From contig JAYZQJ010000050.1 in assembly GCA_036149055.1 (NCBI GenBank), positions 1 through 36,861 of the forward strand: 36,861 bases of DNA. The letters are read 5' to 3'. The notes under the pieces are model-generated. The model did no database searches. It was not told the DNA's origin and saw only the letters and a list, made by a program, of their open reading frames with translations. This document shows, piece after piece, positions 15,853-25,971 of this stretch; positions within the stretch are counted from its first letter, which is position 1; each line of letters opens with the position of its first letter. Source of the DNA: Myxococcota bacterium (GTDB lineage: Bacteria > Myxococcota_A > Polyangia > Polyangiales > Sandaracinaceae). The position numbers and the translations under genes are program-made.

Positions 15853-16920
15853 CTACGCGCTCTCGCGCTCGAGCAGGGTCGCCTGGAAGTCGGTGCGCAG
15901 CGCGGTGAGCAGCTCGTCGAGATCGCCCTCGACGACCTGATCCAGCTTGTGCAGCGTGAGCCCCAGCCTGTGGTCGGTGACCCGGTTCTGCGGGTAGTTG
16001 TAGGTGCGGATCTTCTCGCTCCGCTCCCCCGAGCCGACCATGCCGCGCCGCTCCGCCGCCTCGGACGCGGCCGCCGCCTCGATCTCGCGCTCGAGCAGCT
16101 TCGCGCGCAGGATCTGCAGCGCCCGCGCCTTGTTCTTGTGCTGCGAGCGCTCGTCCTGGCAGCGGACCTGGATGCCGCTGGGCACGTGCTTGACGATCAC
16201 CGCGCTGTTGGTGGTGTTGACGTGCTGACCGCCCGGGCCGCCGGCGCCGGTCGCCTGGATCTCGAGGTCGTTCTCGTCGAGCTCCACGTCGACCTCCTCC
16301 GCCTCGGGCATCACGGCCACGGTCGCCGTGGAGGTGTGGATGCGCCCCTGGCTCTCGGTGGCCGGCACGCGCTGCACGCGGTGCACGCCGCCCTCGAAGC
16401 GGAGCTGCGAGTAGACCTTCGTGCCGGTGACCAGCGCGATGATCTCCTTGTACCCGCCCGCGCTCGCCTCGCTGGTGCTCAGCACCTCGACCTTCCAGCC
16501 GATCTTGTCCGCGTAGCGCGTGTACATGCGGAAGAGGTCGGCCGCGAAGAGCGCCGCCTCCTCGCCGCCGGTGCCGGCCCGGATCTCGAGCACGGTGTTG
16601 CGCGCGTCGTTCGGGTCGCTCGGCAGGAGCAGGACCTCGAGCTGCTTCTCGAGCTCGTCGAGCTGTGCCTCGAGGACGGGGATCTCCTCCTCGACCATCT
16701 CGCGCAGCTCGGGATCGGAGAGCGCCTCCTTGTCGTCCGCGAGCTGGGCGCCGACCTCCCGGTAGCGGTCGTAGACCTCCACCACCTCCAGCAGATCACT
16801 CCGCTCGCGGTTCAGGGTCGTCATGCGCTTCGGGTCGGAAGCGACGTCCGGCTGACAGAGCATCTCCTCCACCTCGGAGAAGCGCGCCTTCAGCGAATCG
16901 AGGCGGTCGATGGGGAGCAT
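15853..16920 (-). CDS. prfA: Peptide chain release factor 1
   Basis: EIRAGTGGEEA, GVHRVQRVPAT (RF1 PxT), GGQHVN, ERSQHKN, IRTYNYPQNRVTDHR. Confidence 0.97.
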   Translation of the reverse strand: MLPIDRLDSLKARFSEVEEMLCQPDVASDPKRMTTLNRERSDLLEVVEVYDRYREVGAQLADDKEALSDPELREMVEEEIPVLEAQLDELEKQLEVLLLPSDPNDARNTVLEIRAGTGGEEAALFAADLFRMYTRYADKIGWKVEVLSTSEASAGGYKEIIALVTGTKVYSQLRFEGGVHRVQRVPATESQGRIHTSTATVAVMPEAEEVDVELDENDLEIQATGAGGPGGQHVNTTNSAVIVKHVPSGIQVRCQDERSQHKNKARALQILRAKLLEREIEAAAASEAAERRGMVGSGERSEKIRTYNYPQNRVTDHRLGLTLHKLDQVVEGDLDELLTALRTDFQATLLERESA

Positions 16921-16930
16921 GGGCGGGCGA

Positions 16931-17941
16931 TCAGGCGGCGGCTCTCACCGGGCGCAGGCTGTCGACCCCCTCGAGGAACTCCTCGAAGCTGGGGAACTCG
17001 AGCGGGTCGCCGTCCGCGTCGGCGTCCTCGCCGATCGACTCGCGCCACATCGCGGTGCGCATGGCGGCGATGGCGATCTCGATCTGCGCGTCGTCGGGCT
17101 CGCGGGTGGTGATCTTCTGGAACAGGAACCCGGGCCACAGCAGCACCTGCAGCGGTCCGGTGGTGCAGTAGCGGGCGCTCAGCCGCTGCAGCTCGTAGCT
17201 GATCGCCGCGATCGGCGGCAGGAGCGCGATCCGGATCGCGAGGGTCAGCAGCTGCGCCTCGAGCCCCTCCGCGGTCGGGAGCAGGAGCGGGGTGACCGCC
17301 GAGCCGACGACGATGGAGACCAGGATCACGACGATGAGGAAGGTCGTGCCGCACCGGGGGTGCAGGGTCGACTGGGCCCGCACGTTCTCGACCGTGAGGG
17401 GCAGCCCCGCCTCGTAGGCGAAGATCGTCTTGTGCTCGGCGCCGTGATACTGGAACACGCGCCGCACGTCCTCGAGCCGGCTGATGAGGAAGAGGTAGAG
17501 CGTGAAGACGAGCAGCTTGAAGCCGCCCGTCAGCGCGTGGAACTGCCAGTCCTGGACGTCGAGATCGAGCCCCAGGAAGCTGCCGGTCCGCTCGGCGGCG
17601 AGCTGCGGCAGGGCGACGAAGATGAGCAGCGCCGCGACGATGGAGACCCACATCGCGCCGCCGCCGTCGCCCTTGGCCCGCTCCTCCTCGGTCATCTGCT
17701 GCTCGGCGCTGAAGCGCAGAGCGGAGTAGCCGAGCTTGAGCGACTCGAAGAGCGTCATGACGCCGCGGAACCCCGGGAGCTTCCAGAGCTTGGACTTCGC
17801 CATCCGGGAGACCAGCGGCCCCTCGGTGATGGCGATGCCCCCGTCCGGCTTCCGCACGGCCACGGTCATGCAACCGGGCGCGCGCATCATGACGCCTTCG
17901 ATGACGGCCTGGCCGCCGATGTACGGCTTGGTGTCGCTCAC
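16931..17941 (-). CDS. DUF1385 domain membrane protein
   Basis: IGGQAVIEGVMMR, FQYHGAEHK, HPRCGTTF, QKITTREPDD; usual position between rpmE and prfA. Confidence 0.92.
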   Translation of the reverse strand: MSDTKPYIGGQAVIEGVMMRAPGCMTVAVRKPDGGIAITEGPLVSRMAKSKLWKLPGFRGVMTLFESLKLGYSALRFSAEQQMTEEERAKGDGGGAMWVSIVAALLIFVALPQLAAERTGSFLGLDLDVQDWQFHALTGGFKLLVFTLYLFLISRLEDVRRVFQYHGAEHKTIFAYEAGLPLTVENVRAQSTLHPRCGTTFLIVVILVSIVVGSAVTPLLLPTAEGLEAQLLTLAIRIALLPPIAAISYELQRLSARYCTTGPLQVLLWPGFLFQKITTREPDDAQIEIAIAAMRTAMWRESIGEDADADGDPLEFPSFEEFLEGVDSLRPVRAAA

Positions 17942-18023
17942 GGCGCGTAATGTAAAGCCGAACCCCCGGCAGTGCAGCCTGTGGGGTTCGGCGACGGGGC
18001 AGAAGGTCTCGCGTTCGAGGGGA

Positions 18024-18296
18024 TCAGGCCTCGGTGGCCTCGGCGGCCTTGGCGGCCTTGGCCTCCTTGGCGGCCTTCGCTTCGGCCTGCTTGGCGGCCG
18101 TCTTCGCGTACTTCTTGCGGAACTTCTCGACGCGACCCGCCGTGTCCATGATGCGCTGCTTGCCCGTGTAGAACGGGTGGCACTCGCTGCAGATGTCCAC
18201 GGTGTAGGAGCCGGCCGTGGAGCGGGTGTTGTGGGTGGCGCCGCAGGCGCAGGTGATGACCGCGTCCTGGTATTCGGGGTGGATTCCGGGCTTCAT
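18024..18296 (-). CDS. rpmE: 50S ribosomal protein L31 (zinc-binding type) with Ala/Lys tail
   Basis: [41 protein letters not shown] 18296 with GAGG RBS. Confidence 0.96.
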   Translation of the reverse strand: MKPGIHPEYQDAVITCACGATHNTRSTAGSYTVDICSECHPFYTGKQRIMDTAGRVEKFRKKYAKTAAKQAEAKAAKEAKAAKAAEATEA

Positions 18297-18337
18297 GTTG
18301 ACCTCTCGGCCCCTCCGAAGATGAGAGGGGGCCGGGA

Positions 18338-18366
18338 GTCTTAGTGGATCGCATCCGGGACCGCAA
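18338..18366 (-). promoter_or_regulatory. Putative rpmE promoter
   Basis: Minus strand TTGCGG, 17 nt, TAAGAC. Confidence 0.45.
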
Positions 18367-18392
18367 GGGTCCGGCGTGGTAGGACCTCGCGG

Positions 18393-19202
18393 ATGACCCG
18401 ATCGGCGCTCCCGCTCGCGCTCCTGCTCCTCGCGTCCTGTGGGGGGAGCGCTCCCCCGACGGAGACCCCCGCGCCCGAGCCGACCCACGATCTCCAGGCG
18501 GAGGCCCGCGACCTGCTCGAGCGGCTCGAGGCGGTCGCCCAGATGCCCTCCGAGACCCGGGCGGCGGAGCTCGACCGGATCGACGCGATGGAGCTGCACG
18601 CGGACGGGCTCCGCGACGTGCAGCGCATCTGCCTGCGCATGCACCGCGACACCCTGACCCTCGAGGCGCGCCACCGCGCGTTCGACGAGCGCATGAGCGG
18701 AGTGGATCCGGCCACGCTCACGCCGGCCCAGCGCGCCGAAGCCCAGGAGGAGGCGGAGGCGATGCGCACCGACGCCACCGCGCTCGAGGCGCTGATGAAC
18801 CGCTGCGTCGACGCCCTGACCGCGGCCATCGAGGAGCACGGCCTCGAGGAGGAGTACGGTCAGGCGTCGGAGCCGGTGCGGGGCGCGGTCGACGGGGAGC
18901 TCACCGACGAGGATCCGCGCGACGAGGCCGGGCACGCCCACGACGACTACCCGATCGAGCTCGAGGCGGGCTGGGGGCTCGTCGTCGAGATGGGCAGCGA
19001 CGACTTCGACGCGTTCGTCACGCTGATCGGGCCCGACGGGACCTCGGTGGCCGAGGACGACGACGGCGGCGAGGGCACGAACGCCCGGCTCGTGTGGCGA
19101 GCGGAGGGCGGCGGCATGTACATCATCCGCGCGACGACCTACCAGCCGGAGGGCCGCGGCGCCTACCACCTCGTGGTGCAGGCCGGCCCGCTCGAGGACT
19201 GA
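18393..19202 (+). CDS. Lipoprotein with C-terminal PPC (pre-peptidase C-terminal-like) domain
   Basis: Lipobox LLASC; helical middle; [26 protein letters not shown]...[10 protein letters not shown]...GAYHL. Confidence 0.82.
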   Translation: MTRSALPLALLLLASCGGSAPPTETPAPEPTHDLQAEARDLLERLEAVAQMPSETRAAELDRIDAMELHADGLRDVQRICLRMHRDTLTLEARHRAFDERMSGVDPATLTPAQRAEAQEEAEAMRTDATALEALMNRCVDALTAAIEEHGLEEEYGQASEPVRGAVDGELTDEDPRDEAGHAHDDYPIELEAGWGLVVEMGSDDFDAFVTLIGPDGTSVAEDDDGGEGTNARLVWRAEGGGMYIIRATTYQPEGRGAYHLVVQAGPLED

Positions 19203-19260
19203 GGTCTGGTCGCTTTCTTGGAGGGCGGGGCCCCGCCCGGGTAAGGAGGAGGAGAACCCC

Positions 19261-19542
19261 ATGGCACAGAAGCGAATTCACCTCGTCGTGCGCGGTCGGG
19301 TTCAGGGCGTGTACTTCAGAGCCTCCGCGCAGCGTGAAGCGCGGGGCCTCGGCCTGACGGGCTGGGTGAAGAACCGCAACGATGGGGCCGTGGAGCTCGT
19401 CGCCGAAGGCGAGGAGGACCAGGTGAAGGACTTCCTCGCCTGGGCGCAGCACGGCCCCTCGACCGCGCGCGTCGACAAGGTCGAGACGCGATGGCGAAGC
19501 TACACCGGCGAGTACCCCGACTTCAGGATCATGACGCGCTGA
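19261..19542 (+). CDS. acyP: Acylphosphatase
   Basis: [30 protein letters not shown]; strong AGGAGGAGG RBS. Confidence 0.95.
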   Translation: MAQKRIHLVVRGRVQGVYFRASAQREARGLGLTGWVKNRNDGAVELVAEGEEDQVKDFLAWAQHGPSTARVDKVETRWRSYTGEYPDFRIMTR

Positions 19543-21056
19543 CCCACGCCCCGCGTGCGTCGGCGCCCCGCTCCTGCCCGCTCTCGAGATGGGCGGTCGC
19601 GCTCCTGCTCGCGGCCCTCGCGAGCCCCGCCGCGGCCCAGCCCGACGAGCGGGACGTGGCTCGCCTCGAGGCCCTCGGCGCCCAGCTGGTCGGAGACGAC
19701 GCCGAGGCGCGCCAGACGGCCTACGACGCGCTGACCACGCTCGGCGAGGACGACCTGCCGGCCATCGAGGCCCGGCTCGAGAGCCTCGCGCGCAGCCGGC
19801 CCCCGGAGAACTGGGCGCGGGACATCCTCAACCGGTTCCGGCGCCACGCCGCGCCCACCGAGGGCGAGGACCCGGACATCGCGCCGGGCGTCCTGGTCGA
19901 GCTGCGCGAGCCCCACTCCATCGCCATGGAGCGGCTCCGGGTGCGGCTGATGGCCGAGCCCCTGCTGCTCTTCCGATCGCTCGAGCGGATCGGCACCGCC
20001 GAGGCGCACGCCCTCGCCTATCGGGTCATCGCGCTCGACGGAGGCCTCTGGCTCCCCGAGGCGCGCAACTGGGTGCGCCGCCAGGGGACCGGGGTGATGG
20101 CGGCCGCGATCACCGCGCGCGGGCACGACGACGTGCACGTGCGGCGCTGGTCGCGCTGGGCGATCGAGCACCTGGGCGCCGAGGACCCCGGGCGCGCCGT
20201 GCAGTCGCTGGAGGAGGCGCAGATCCCCGACGTGCTGCGCGCCTACGCGTCCATCCGCATGCAGAGCGCGATGCGCGTGATCGTCTCGTACGTCGACAGC
20301 GAGCGACGCCGGGTCCGCCACGCGGCGCGCTGGGCGATGGAGCAGTACGGGGGCAACGGGATCTGGATCCTGCGCACCGCCTTCCACAACGAGACCGGCG
20401 AGCACGCGCCCCGGGAGTGGGGCTGGCGGCAGCTCTCGAGTCAGCTCTACGAGCGGGTGGACGCGCGACGGCTGGCGCCGGTGCAGGCCGCCCTCGACGA
20501 GGGCATCGCGGCCCGGGACGCCGGCGACCTGGAGACCATGGAGGCGCGCTTCGACGCCGTGCTCTCGCGCGCGCCCGAGGTCGAGACGCCGGGGCCGGTC
20601 GCCGAGGGCTACGCGCGCCTCGCCGAGCGCCACCTGACGGCCGGACGCTGGCGGGAGGCGGCGCGGGCGCATCGGCGCGCGCTGCGGCTGGCCCCCGATC
20701 ACGCGCAGGCCGAGGCGTGGCGCGCCCGGATCCGGACGGCGGAGGCGGAGGCCGACCGCGCGCGGGGCGTGCTGGACGCGTCGGCCTACGCCGAAGCGCC
20801 GGAGGGCGATCCCCACGCCGAGGCCGCCCTGGCGCCGAGCGCGGCGTCGGCCCCGCCCCGGGCGCGTTCGCGAGAGCGCTGGGGGCTCGCGGCCGCGGCG
20901 ATCCTCGTGCTCCTGGGCCTCGGCCTCCTCTGGCGGCCCGGCACGAGCGAGCCCCGGGATCCGGCGCTGGACGACACGACCCTGGACGACACGCTCGAGG
21001 CCGGAGCGTCGCTCGACGGGGACATCACCCTCGCTGACTCCACGCTGTCTCCCTGA
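19491..21056 (+). CDS. Exported HEAT/TPR-like helical repeat protein with C-terminal transmembrane helix (start uncertain)
   Basis: Signal-like [16 protein letters not shown]; helical repeats; TPR-like [35 protein letters not shown]. Confidence 0.72.
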   Translation: MAKLHRRVPRLQDHDALTHAPRASAPRSCPLSRWAVALLLAALASPAAAQPDERDVARLEALGAQLVGDDAEARQTAYDALTTLGEDDLPAIEARLESLARSRPPENWARDILNRFRRHAAPTEGEDPDIAPGVLVELREPHSIAMERLRVRLMAEPLLLFRSLERIGTAEAHALAYRVIALDGGLWLPEARNWVRRQGTGVMAAAITARGHDDVHVRRWSRWAIEHLGAEDPGRAVQSLEEAQIPDVLRAYASIRMQSAMRVIVSYVDSERRRVRHAARWAMEQYGGNGIWILRTAFHNETGEHAPREWGWRQLSSQLYERVDARRLAPVQAALDEGIAARDAGDLETMEARFDAVLSRAPEVETPGPVAEGYARLAERHLTAGRWREAARAHRRALRLAPDHAQAEAWRARIRTAEAEADRARGVLDASAYAEAPEGDPHAEAALAPSAASAPPRARSRERWGLAAAAILVLLGLGLLWRPGTSEPRDPALDDTTLDDTLEAGASLDGDITLADSTLSP

Positions 21057-21115
21057 GGCCCTCCCGACACGCAACCCGCCTCCCCGGCTGCCGATGGGCC
21101 GGCGTGGAGGTAGGG

Positions 21116-22444
21116 ATGGTCGAAGTACAGCTCGCGCGAGGCCCGGAGCGGATCGGGCCCTTCGAGATCGGGAGGCGGCTCGGCGCCGGCGGCATGGCGG
21201 AGGCCTTCGAGGGGATCCGCCGCGGGCCGGGCGGATTCGAGCAGCGGGTGTGCGTGAAGCGCGTCCTCCCCGCCTACTCGACCGACGCCGACTTCGTGTC
21301 GCTCTTCGAGCGCGAGGCACGCGTGGCCGCGTCGCTCTCGCACCGGAACGTGACCCGGGTGGTCGACTTCGGCTCGGACGGCGGCTGTCACTACCTGGCG
21401 CTCGAGCTGGTGGACGGCATGGACCTTCGCCGCCTGATCCGCGCCCTCCCCGAGCCCCGCCAGGTCCCCGTGCAGCTCGTCGCCCTGCTCGGCATGGAGG
21501 TGGCCGAGGCGCTGCACCACGCCCACACCCGCGGGGGCCGGCTGGGGGTGGTCGTGCACCGGGACGTCTCCCCGGCCAACATCATGGTGAGCGTCGACGG
21601 AGACGTGAAGCTCACCGACTTCGGCATCTCCAAGGCGCTGAACGAGTCGCCGCTGACGCGGAGCGAGCACGTCCGCGGCAACGTCTGGTACATGGCGCCG
21701 GAGCAGCTCGCCGGGACCAACCGCAACGACCCGCGCAGCGATCTCTTCTCGCTGGGCGTCGTGCTCTACGAGTGCCTGGCCGGGCGCCGCCCCTACGCCG
21801 GCCGGGACGACGTGGCCGCGATGATGGCCCTCAGCGAGGGTCGTCGCACCCCGATCCGGGCCGCCGCGCCTCACCTGCCCGAGCCCATGACGATGATCGT
21901 GGAGCGGCTGCTCGCGAACGATCCCGGCGCGCGCTTCCAGACCGCGGGCGCCCTGGCGGAGGCCCTCGCTCCGCTCACCTCGGTCGCGACCGCGCGGCGG
22001 GCCCTCGCCCAGGTGGTGCGCGACCTGCGAGATCGAGAGCCGCGACGTCGCGCGAGGGTCCCGGTCGCCCCGCCGCGAGAGCCGGCCACCCAGCCCGACC
22101 TGCCGGCGGCGCCTCGGTTCGGCGGCGCCGCTGCCCCTCCGGCCGCCCCCGAGCCCGAGCTGGGGCCCAAGACGCGCTGGCGGCCCTACGCGATGGCCCC
22201 GGGGATCTGGGCCGACGCCGACCGCGCCGCGCAGATCCGGGGGCGACGCCCGCCGTCCGGCCCGCCACCGCCCGCGGCCCAGGCGCAGGCCGCAGCGCAG
22301 GCGACTGCGGCTCCCCGCTCCGACACGGGCACGGCTCCGGTCCTGCCGGTCGCGCGGGCGATGCGGGTCGGGGCGGCCCTCGCCGTGCTCGGGCTCCTCG
22401 GCACGCTGACCCTCGCCTGCCTGTGGGCCTTCTGGTCGAGCTGA
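21116..22444 (+). CDS. Membrane-anchored serine/threonine protein kinase
   Basis: LGAGGMAE, VCVK, HRDVSPAN, DFG, YMAPE, DLFSLG; Pro/Ala linker and C-terminal TM; ATG 21116 after GGAGG. Confidence 0.92.
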   Translation: MVEVQLARGPERIGPFEIGRRLGAGGMAEAFEGIRRGPGGFEQRVCVKRVLPAYSTDADFVSLFEREARVAASLSHRNVTRVVDFGSDGGCHYLALELVDGMDLRRLIRALPEPRQVPVQLVALLGMEVAEALHHAHTRGGRLGVVVHRDVSPANIMVSVDGDVKLTDFGISKALNESPLTRSEHVRGNVWYMAPEQLAGTNRNDPRSDLFSLGVVLYECLAGRRPYAGRDDVAAMMALSEGRRTPIRAAAPHLPEPMTMIVERLLANDPGARFQTAGALAEALAPLTSVATARRALAQVVRDLRDREPRRRARVPVAPPREPATQPDLPAAPRFGGAAAPPAAPEPELGPKTRWRPYAMAPGIWADADRAAQIRGRRPPSGPPPPAAQAQAAAQATAAPRSDTGTAPVLPVARAMRVGAALAVLGLLGTLTLACLWAFWSS

Positions 22445-22448
22445 CGCG

Positions 22449-22482
22449 AAAACGCGCCGGCGGGAGACCCGTCGGCGCGCTT
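22449..22482 (-). terminator. Intrinsic terminator of the ribosomal supercluster (possibly bidirectional)
   Basis: Minus strand CGCGCCGACGGG-TCT-CCCGCCGGCGCG followed by TTTT, just after the rplQ stop. Confidence 0.8.
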
Positions 22483-22503
22483 CCGGTCGAGAGCGGCGAA
22501 GCT

Positions 22504-22995
22504 CTAGGCCTCGATCTCTTCGCCCTCGAGCAGCTCGATGAGGGCCATGGGCGCGTTGTCGCCCTTGCGGCTCAGCATCTTGGTGATGCGGGTGTAGCCG
22601 CCGCCCTTGTCGTTCTTCGCGCGCTCCACGTACCGCGGGGCGATGTCGTGGAAGATCTTGTGCACGATGTCGATCTCGTCGGTCGTGCCGTCGGGGTTCG
22701 TGCGCACGAGGCGACGGGGCACGAAGCGCGCGACCTGACGCTGCGCGTGGACCCGGCGCGAGAGCACGCGGCGGCGCTCCTCGTCGTCGAGCTTCTGCAC
22801 ATCGACCGTGAGGTCGTCACCCAGGCGGATCGCGCGGGTGATCATGCGCTCGGCGATGCGGCGCAGCTCCTTGGCCTTCGCCTCGGTCGTCTCGATGCGC
22901 TCGTGCAGCACCAGGTTCCCGGTGAGGTTCCGGAACATGGCCCGCCGGTGCGAGGTGTTGCGGCCGAACTTACGGCCTGCCTTCCGATGTCGCAT
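22504..22995 (-). CDS. rplQ: 50S ribosomal protein L17 (with insertions)
   Basis: [43 protein letters not shown]. Confidence 0.96.
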   Translation of the reverse strand: MRHRKAGRKFGRNTSHRRAMFRNLTGNLVLHERIETTEAKAKELRRIAERMITRAIRLGDDLTVDVQKLDDEERRRVLSRRVHAQRQVARFVPRRLVRTNPDGTTDEIDIVHKIFHDIAPRYVERAKNDKGGGYTRITKMLSRKGDNAPMALIELLEGEEIEA

Positions 22996-23008
22996 GGGAG
23001 CTTCCTCT

Positions 23009-24049
23009 TCAGCCGTTCTCGCGCTGGGACTTCCAACGCTCCAGCATCTGCGGCCAGTTGTCGATCTTCATGCCGAGGGAGAGCCCCATGTCCGCGAGGA
23101 TCTCCTTGATCTCCTTCAGGGACTTCCGGCCGAAGTTCTTGGTCTTCAGCATCTCGGCTTCGGTGCGCTGCACCAGCTCGCCGATGAGGTGAATGTTCGC
23201 GTTCTGCAGGCAGTTCGCCGAGCGGACCGACAGCTCGAGCTCTTCCACCGAGCGGAAGAGGTTCTCGTTGAGCGGCTCCTCTTCCTCCTCTTCGCGGACG
23301 AGGCTCTCGTCCTCTTCCTCGAAGTTGATGAAGATGGTGAGCTGGTCCTTGAGGATCTTCGCCGCGTAGGCGACGGCGTCCTGCGGCTTCACCGACCCGT
23401 TGGTCCACACCTCGAGGGTGAGCTTGTCGTAGTCGGTGATCTGCCCGACGCGGGCGTTGGTGACCGTGTAGTTCACCTTCTTGATCGGCGAGAAGAGCGC
23501 GTCGATGGCGATGGTGCCGATGGGCTGACCCGGCGCCTTGTTGCGCTCGGCGGGCACGTAGCCGCGGCCGACGTTGATGGTGAGCTCCGCGCTGAAGCGG
23601 CCACCCTTGGACACGCTGCAGATGACGTGGTCGGGGTTGAGGATCTCGACCTGGTCCGAGACCTGGATGTCGCCCGCCGTGACGACCGCCGGGCCTTCCT
23701 TCTCGATGCGGACGGTGTGGGTCTTCGGCGTGTGCGCCCGGACCACGACCTCCTTGAGGTTCAGCACGATATCGGTGACGTCCTCGACGACGTCCGGCAC
23801 CGAGGTGAACTCGTGGAGCGCGCCGTCGATCTTCACGGCGGTGATGGCCGCGCCCTGCAGCGAGTTGAGGAGCGTCCGGCGGAGCGCGTTGCCGAGCGTG
23901 GTGCCGAAGGTCCGCTCCAGGGGCTCGCAGGCGAACTTGCCATAGTAGTCGGTCAGGCTGTCCTGATCGACGGGCACGCTCTTCGGCTTGATGAGATCAC
24001 GCCAGTTGCGCGCGATGAACTGACTCTGGGTGGACTGGGTCTCGGACAT
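23009..24049 (-). CDS. rpoA: RNA polymerase alpha subunit
   Basis: [50 protein letters not shown]. Confidence 0.98.
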   Translation of the reverse strand: MSETQSTQSQFIARNWRDLIKPKSVPVDQDSLTDYYGKFACEPLERTFGTTLGNALRRTLLNSLQGAAITAVKIDGALHEFTSVPDVVEDVTDIVLNLKEVVVRAHTPKTHTVRIEKEGPAVVTAGDIQVSDQVEILNPDHVICSVSKGGRFSAELTINVGRGYVPAERNKAPGQPIGTIAIDALFSPIKKVNYTVTNARVGQITDYDKLTLEVWTNGSVKPQDAVAYAAKILKDQLTIFINFEEEDESLVREEEEEEPLNENLFRSVEELELSVRSANCLQNANIHLIGELVQRTEAEMLKTKNFGRKSLKEIKEILADMGLSLGMKIDNWPQMLERWKSQRENG

Positions 24050-24104
24050 GGATCTTCTCCGGCGGCTCTATCGAGAGGGCAAGCGAACGGGAGCAGAAAC
24101 GGGA

Positions 24105-24731
24105 CTAGCGCGAGTAGAACTCGACGATGAGCTGCTCCTGGATGGGGAGCGTGATCTCCTCGCGGTTCGGCATCGTCTTGACGGTGCCCTCGAGCTTCTC
24201 CTTGTCGAGCTCGAGCCACTCCGGCACGCCGCGGCGGTCGACGCCCTCGAGGGCGGCCAGGATGCGGCCCTTCTGCTTGCTGCGCTCGCGAATGGTGATC
24301 TTGTCGCCCGGCTTCACGAGGTAAGACGGGATGTTGACCGTCTTGCCGTTCACCTGGATGTGGCGGTGACGCACGACCTGGCGGGCGTCGGCGCGGGTCC
24401 AGGCGAAGCCGAGACGGTAGACGACGCTGTCCAGGCGGCGCTCGAGCAGGCTGAGGAAGTTCTCGCCCGTGACGCCCTTGGTGCTGTCAGCCTTCTCGAA
24501 GTAGCTGCGGAACTGCCGCTCGACCATCCCGTAGATGCGGCGGACCTTCTGCTTCTCGCGAAGGCGGATGCCGTACTCGGTGAACTTGATGCGGCGCTGG
24601 CCGTGCTGACCGGGCGGGTAGGGGCGCCGGTCGAACGAGCACTTGTCGGTGTAGCAGCGCTCGCCCTTGAGGAAGAGCTTGAGCCCTTCACGACGGCAGA
24701 GCTTGCAGGAGGGTCCGGTGTAGCGAGCCAT
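24105..24731 (-). CDS. rpsD: 30S ribosomal protein S4 (zinc-binding type)
   Basis: [42 protein letters not shown]. Confidence 0.98.
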   Translation of the reverse strand: MARYTGPSCKLCRREGLKLFLKGERCYTDKCSFDRRPYPPGQHGQRRIKFTEYGIRLREKQKVRRIYGMVERQFRSYFEKADSTKGVTGENFLSLLERRLDSVVYRLGFAWTRADARQVVRHRHIQVNGKTVNIPSYLVKPGDKITIRERSKQKGRILAALEGVDRRGVPEWLELDKEKLEGTVKTMPNREEITLPIQEQLIVEFYSR

Positions 24732-24760
24732 GGTTCTCGGTTCCTATCTACGTCTTCAGC

Positions 24761-25156
24761 TCACACGCGGCGGCGCTTGGGCGGGCGGCAGCCGTTGTGG
24801 GGAATCGGGGTCACGTCACGAATGAGGGTCACGCGCATGCCGACCGACTGGAACGCTCGGAGAGCGCTCTCGCGACCAGCGCCGGGGCCCTTCACGAAGA
24901 TGGCGACCGACTGCATGCCGTGGTCCTGGGCCTTGCGCGCGGCGTCCTCGGCGGCGAGCTGCGCGGCGAAGGGCGTGCTCTTGCGCGAGCCCTTGAAGCC
25001 ACGGGAGCCGGCGGACGACCAGCTGATCACGTTCCCGTTGAGGTCGGTGATCGTGACGATGGTGTTGTTGAAGGTCGACTGGATGTGGGCGATGCCGTTG
25101 GCGACGTTCTTCTTCGCCTTGCGCTTCCCACCACGCTGCTGCTTGGGCTTGGCCAT
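24761..25156 (-). CDS. rpsK: 30S ribosomal protein S11
   Basis: [42 protein letters not shown]. Confidence 0.98.
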   Translation of the reverse strand: MAKPKQQRGGKRKAKKNVANGIAHIQSTFNNTIVTITDLNGNVISWSSAGSRGFKGSRKSTPFAAQLAAEDAARKAQDHGMQSVAIFVKGPGAGRESALRAFQSVGMRVTLIRDVTPIPHNGCRPPKRRRV

Positions 25157-25176
25157 TTCTAACTCCTACCGACTCT

Positions 25177-25539
25177 TCAACGACGCACGGCGCCGCGACG
25201 CGGGCCCTTGCGGGTACGGGAATTCGTGTGGGTCCGCTGACCGCGGACGGGGAGCCCGCGACGGTGGCGGAGGCCACGGTAGCAGCCGAGGTCCATCAGC
25301 CGCTTGATGTTCATGGCCTTCTCGCGACGGGCGTCACCCTCGACCTTGAAGGTCGAATCGATCACCTCGCGGATGCGACGGACCTCGTTCTCGTCGAGGT
25401 CGTCGGCCTTCTTGTCCTCCGGGATCTCTGCCGTCTGACAGATGACCTTCGCGCGATGCGGGCCGATCCCGTAGATGTACTGGAGCGAAATGACGATGTG
25501 CTTGCGACCGGGGAGGTCGACGCCGGCGATACGTGCCAT
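25177..25539 (-). CDS. rpsM: 30S ribosomal protein S13
   Basis: [32 protein letters not shown]. Confidence 0.98.
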   Translation of the reverse strand: MARIAGVDLPGRKHIVISLQYIYGIGPHRAKVICQTAEIPEDKKADDLDENEVRRIREVIDSTFKVEGDARREKAMNIKRLMDLGCYRGLRHRRGLPVRGQRTHTNSRTRKGPRRGAVRR

Positions 25540-25582
25540 GACTTCGTTTCCGTTCTTTCGAGTCTTGGTCCGGACGAATCCG

Positions 25583-25696
25583 TCAACCCTGACGCTGCTT
25601 GTGACGCGGGTTATCGCAGATCACCCGCACGACGCCCTTGCGGCGGACGATCTTGCACTTGTCACAGATCTTCTTGACGCTGGGTCGGACCTTCAT
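25583..25696 (-). CDS. rpmJ: 50S ribosomal protein L36 (not in the ORF track)
   Basis: Manual translation [44 protein letters not shown]. Confidence 0.97.
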   Translation of the reverse strand: MKVRPSVKKICDKCKIVRRKGVVRVICDNPRHKQRQG

Positions 25697-25737
25697 GACT
25701 CGCCTCTCTAGCTACTCTCTCTGATGATTCTGCCCGC

Positions 25738-25938
25738 TCACAGGCGGGCTTTGATTCTTCCGCGGCTGGGATCGTAGGTGCTGATCTCGACCAGCACTCT
25801 GTCGCCCGGGAGGACCTTGACCGTCACTCTCTTGGCCTGGGTGCCGAGGGTGGCTCGGATGACTCGTCCGTCGTCCAGCCTCACCGCGAAGAGCCCGCGT
25901 GGGAGGGCCTCATCGATGATCCCCTCGAGCTCGCTCAC
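25738..25938 (-). CDS. infA: Divergent translation initiation factor IF-1-like protein
   Basis: EG.I.EALP..LF.V.L.DG, LPGDRVLVEISTYDPSRGRI; syntenic position adk-[infA]-rpmJ; central ISGKxR motif lost. Confidence 0.8.
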   Translation of the reverse strand: MSELEGIIDEALPRGLFAVRLDDGRVIRATLGTQAKRVTVKVLPGDRVLVEISTYDPSRGRIKARL

Positions 25939-25971
25939 ACCCCTAGTCCTCTCAGGTTCCCGTTCGCTCCC

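Noticed and set aside
18297..19262. 412-aa ORF ending in L31
   Set aside because: Antisense to the PPC lipoprotein. L31 starts at ATG 18296 with its own RBS.
25939..25971. Absence of map between adk and infA
   Set aside because: Real, but map is often missing from this position in bacteria, so it has little significance alone.
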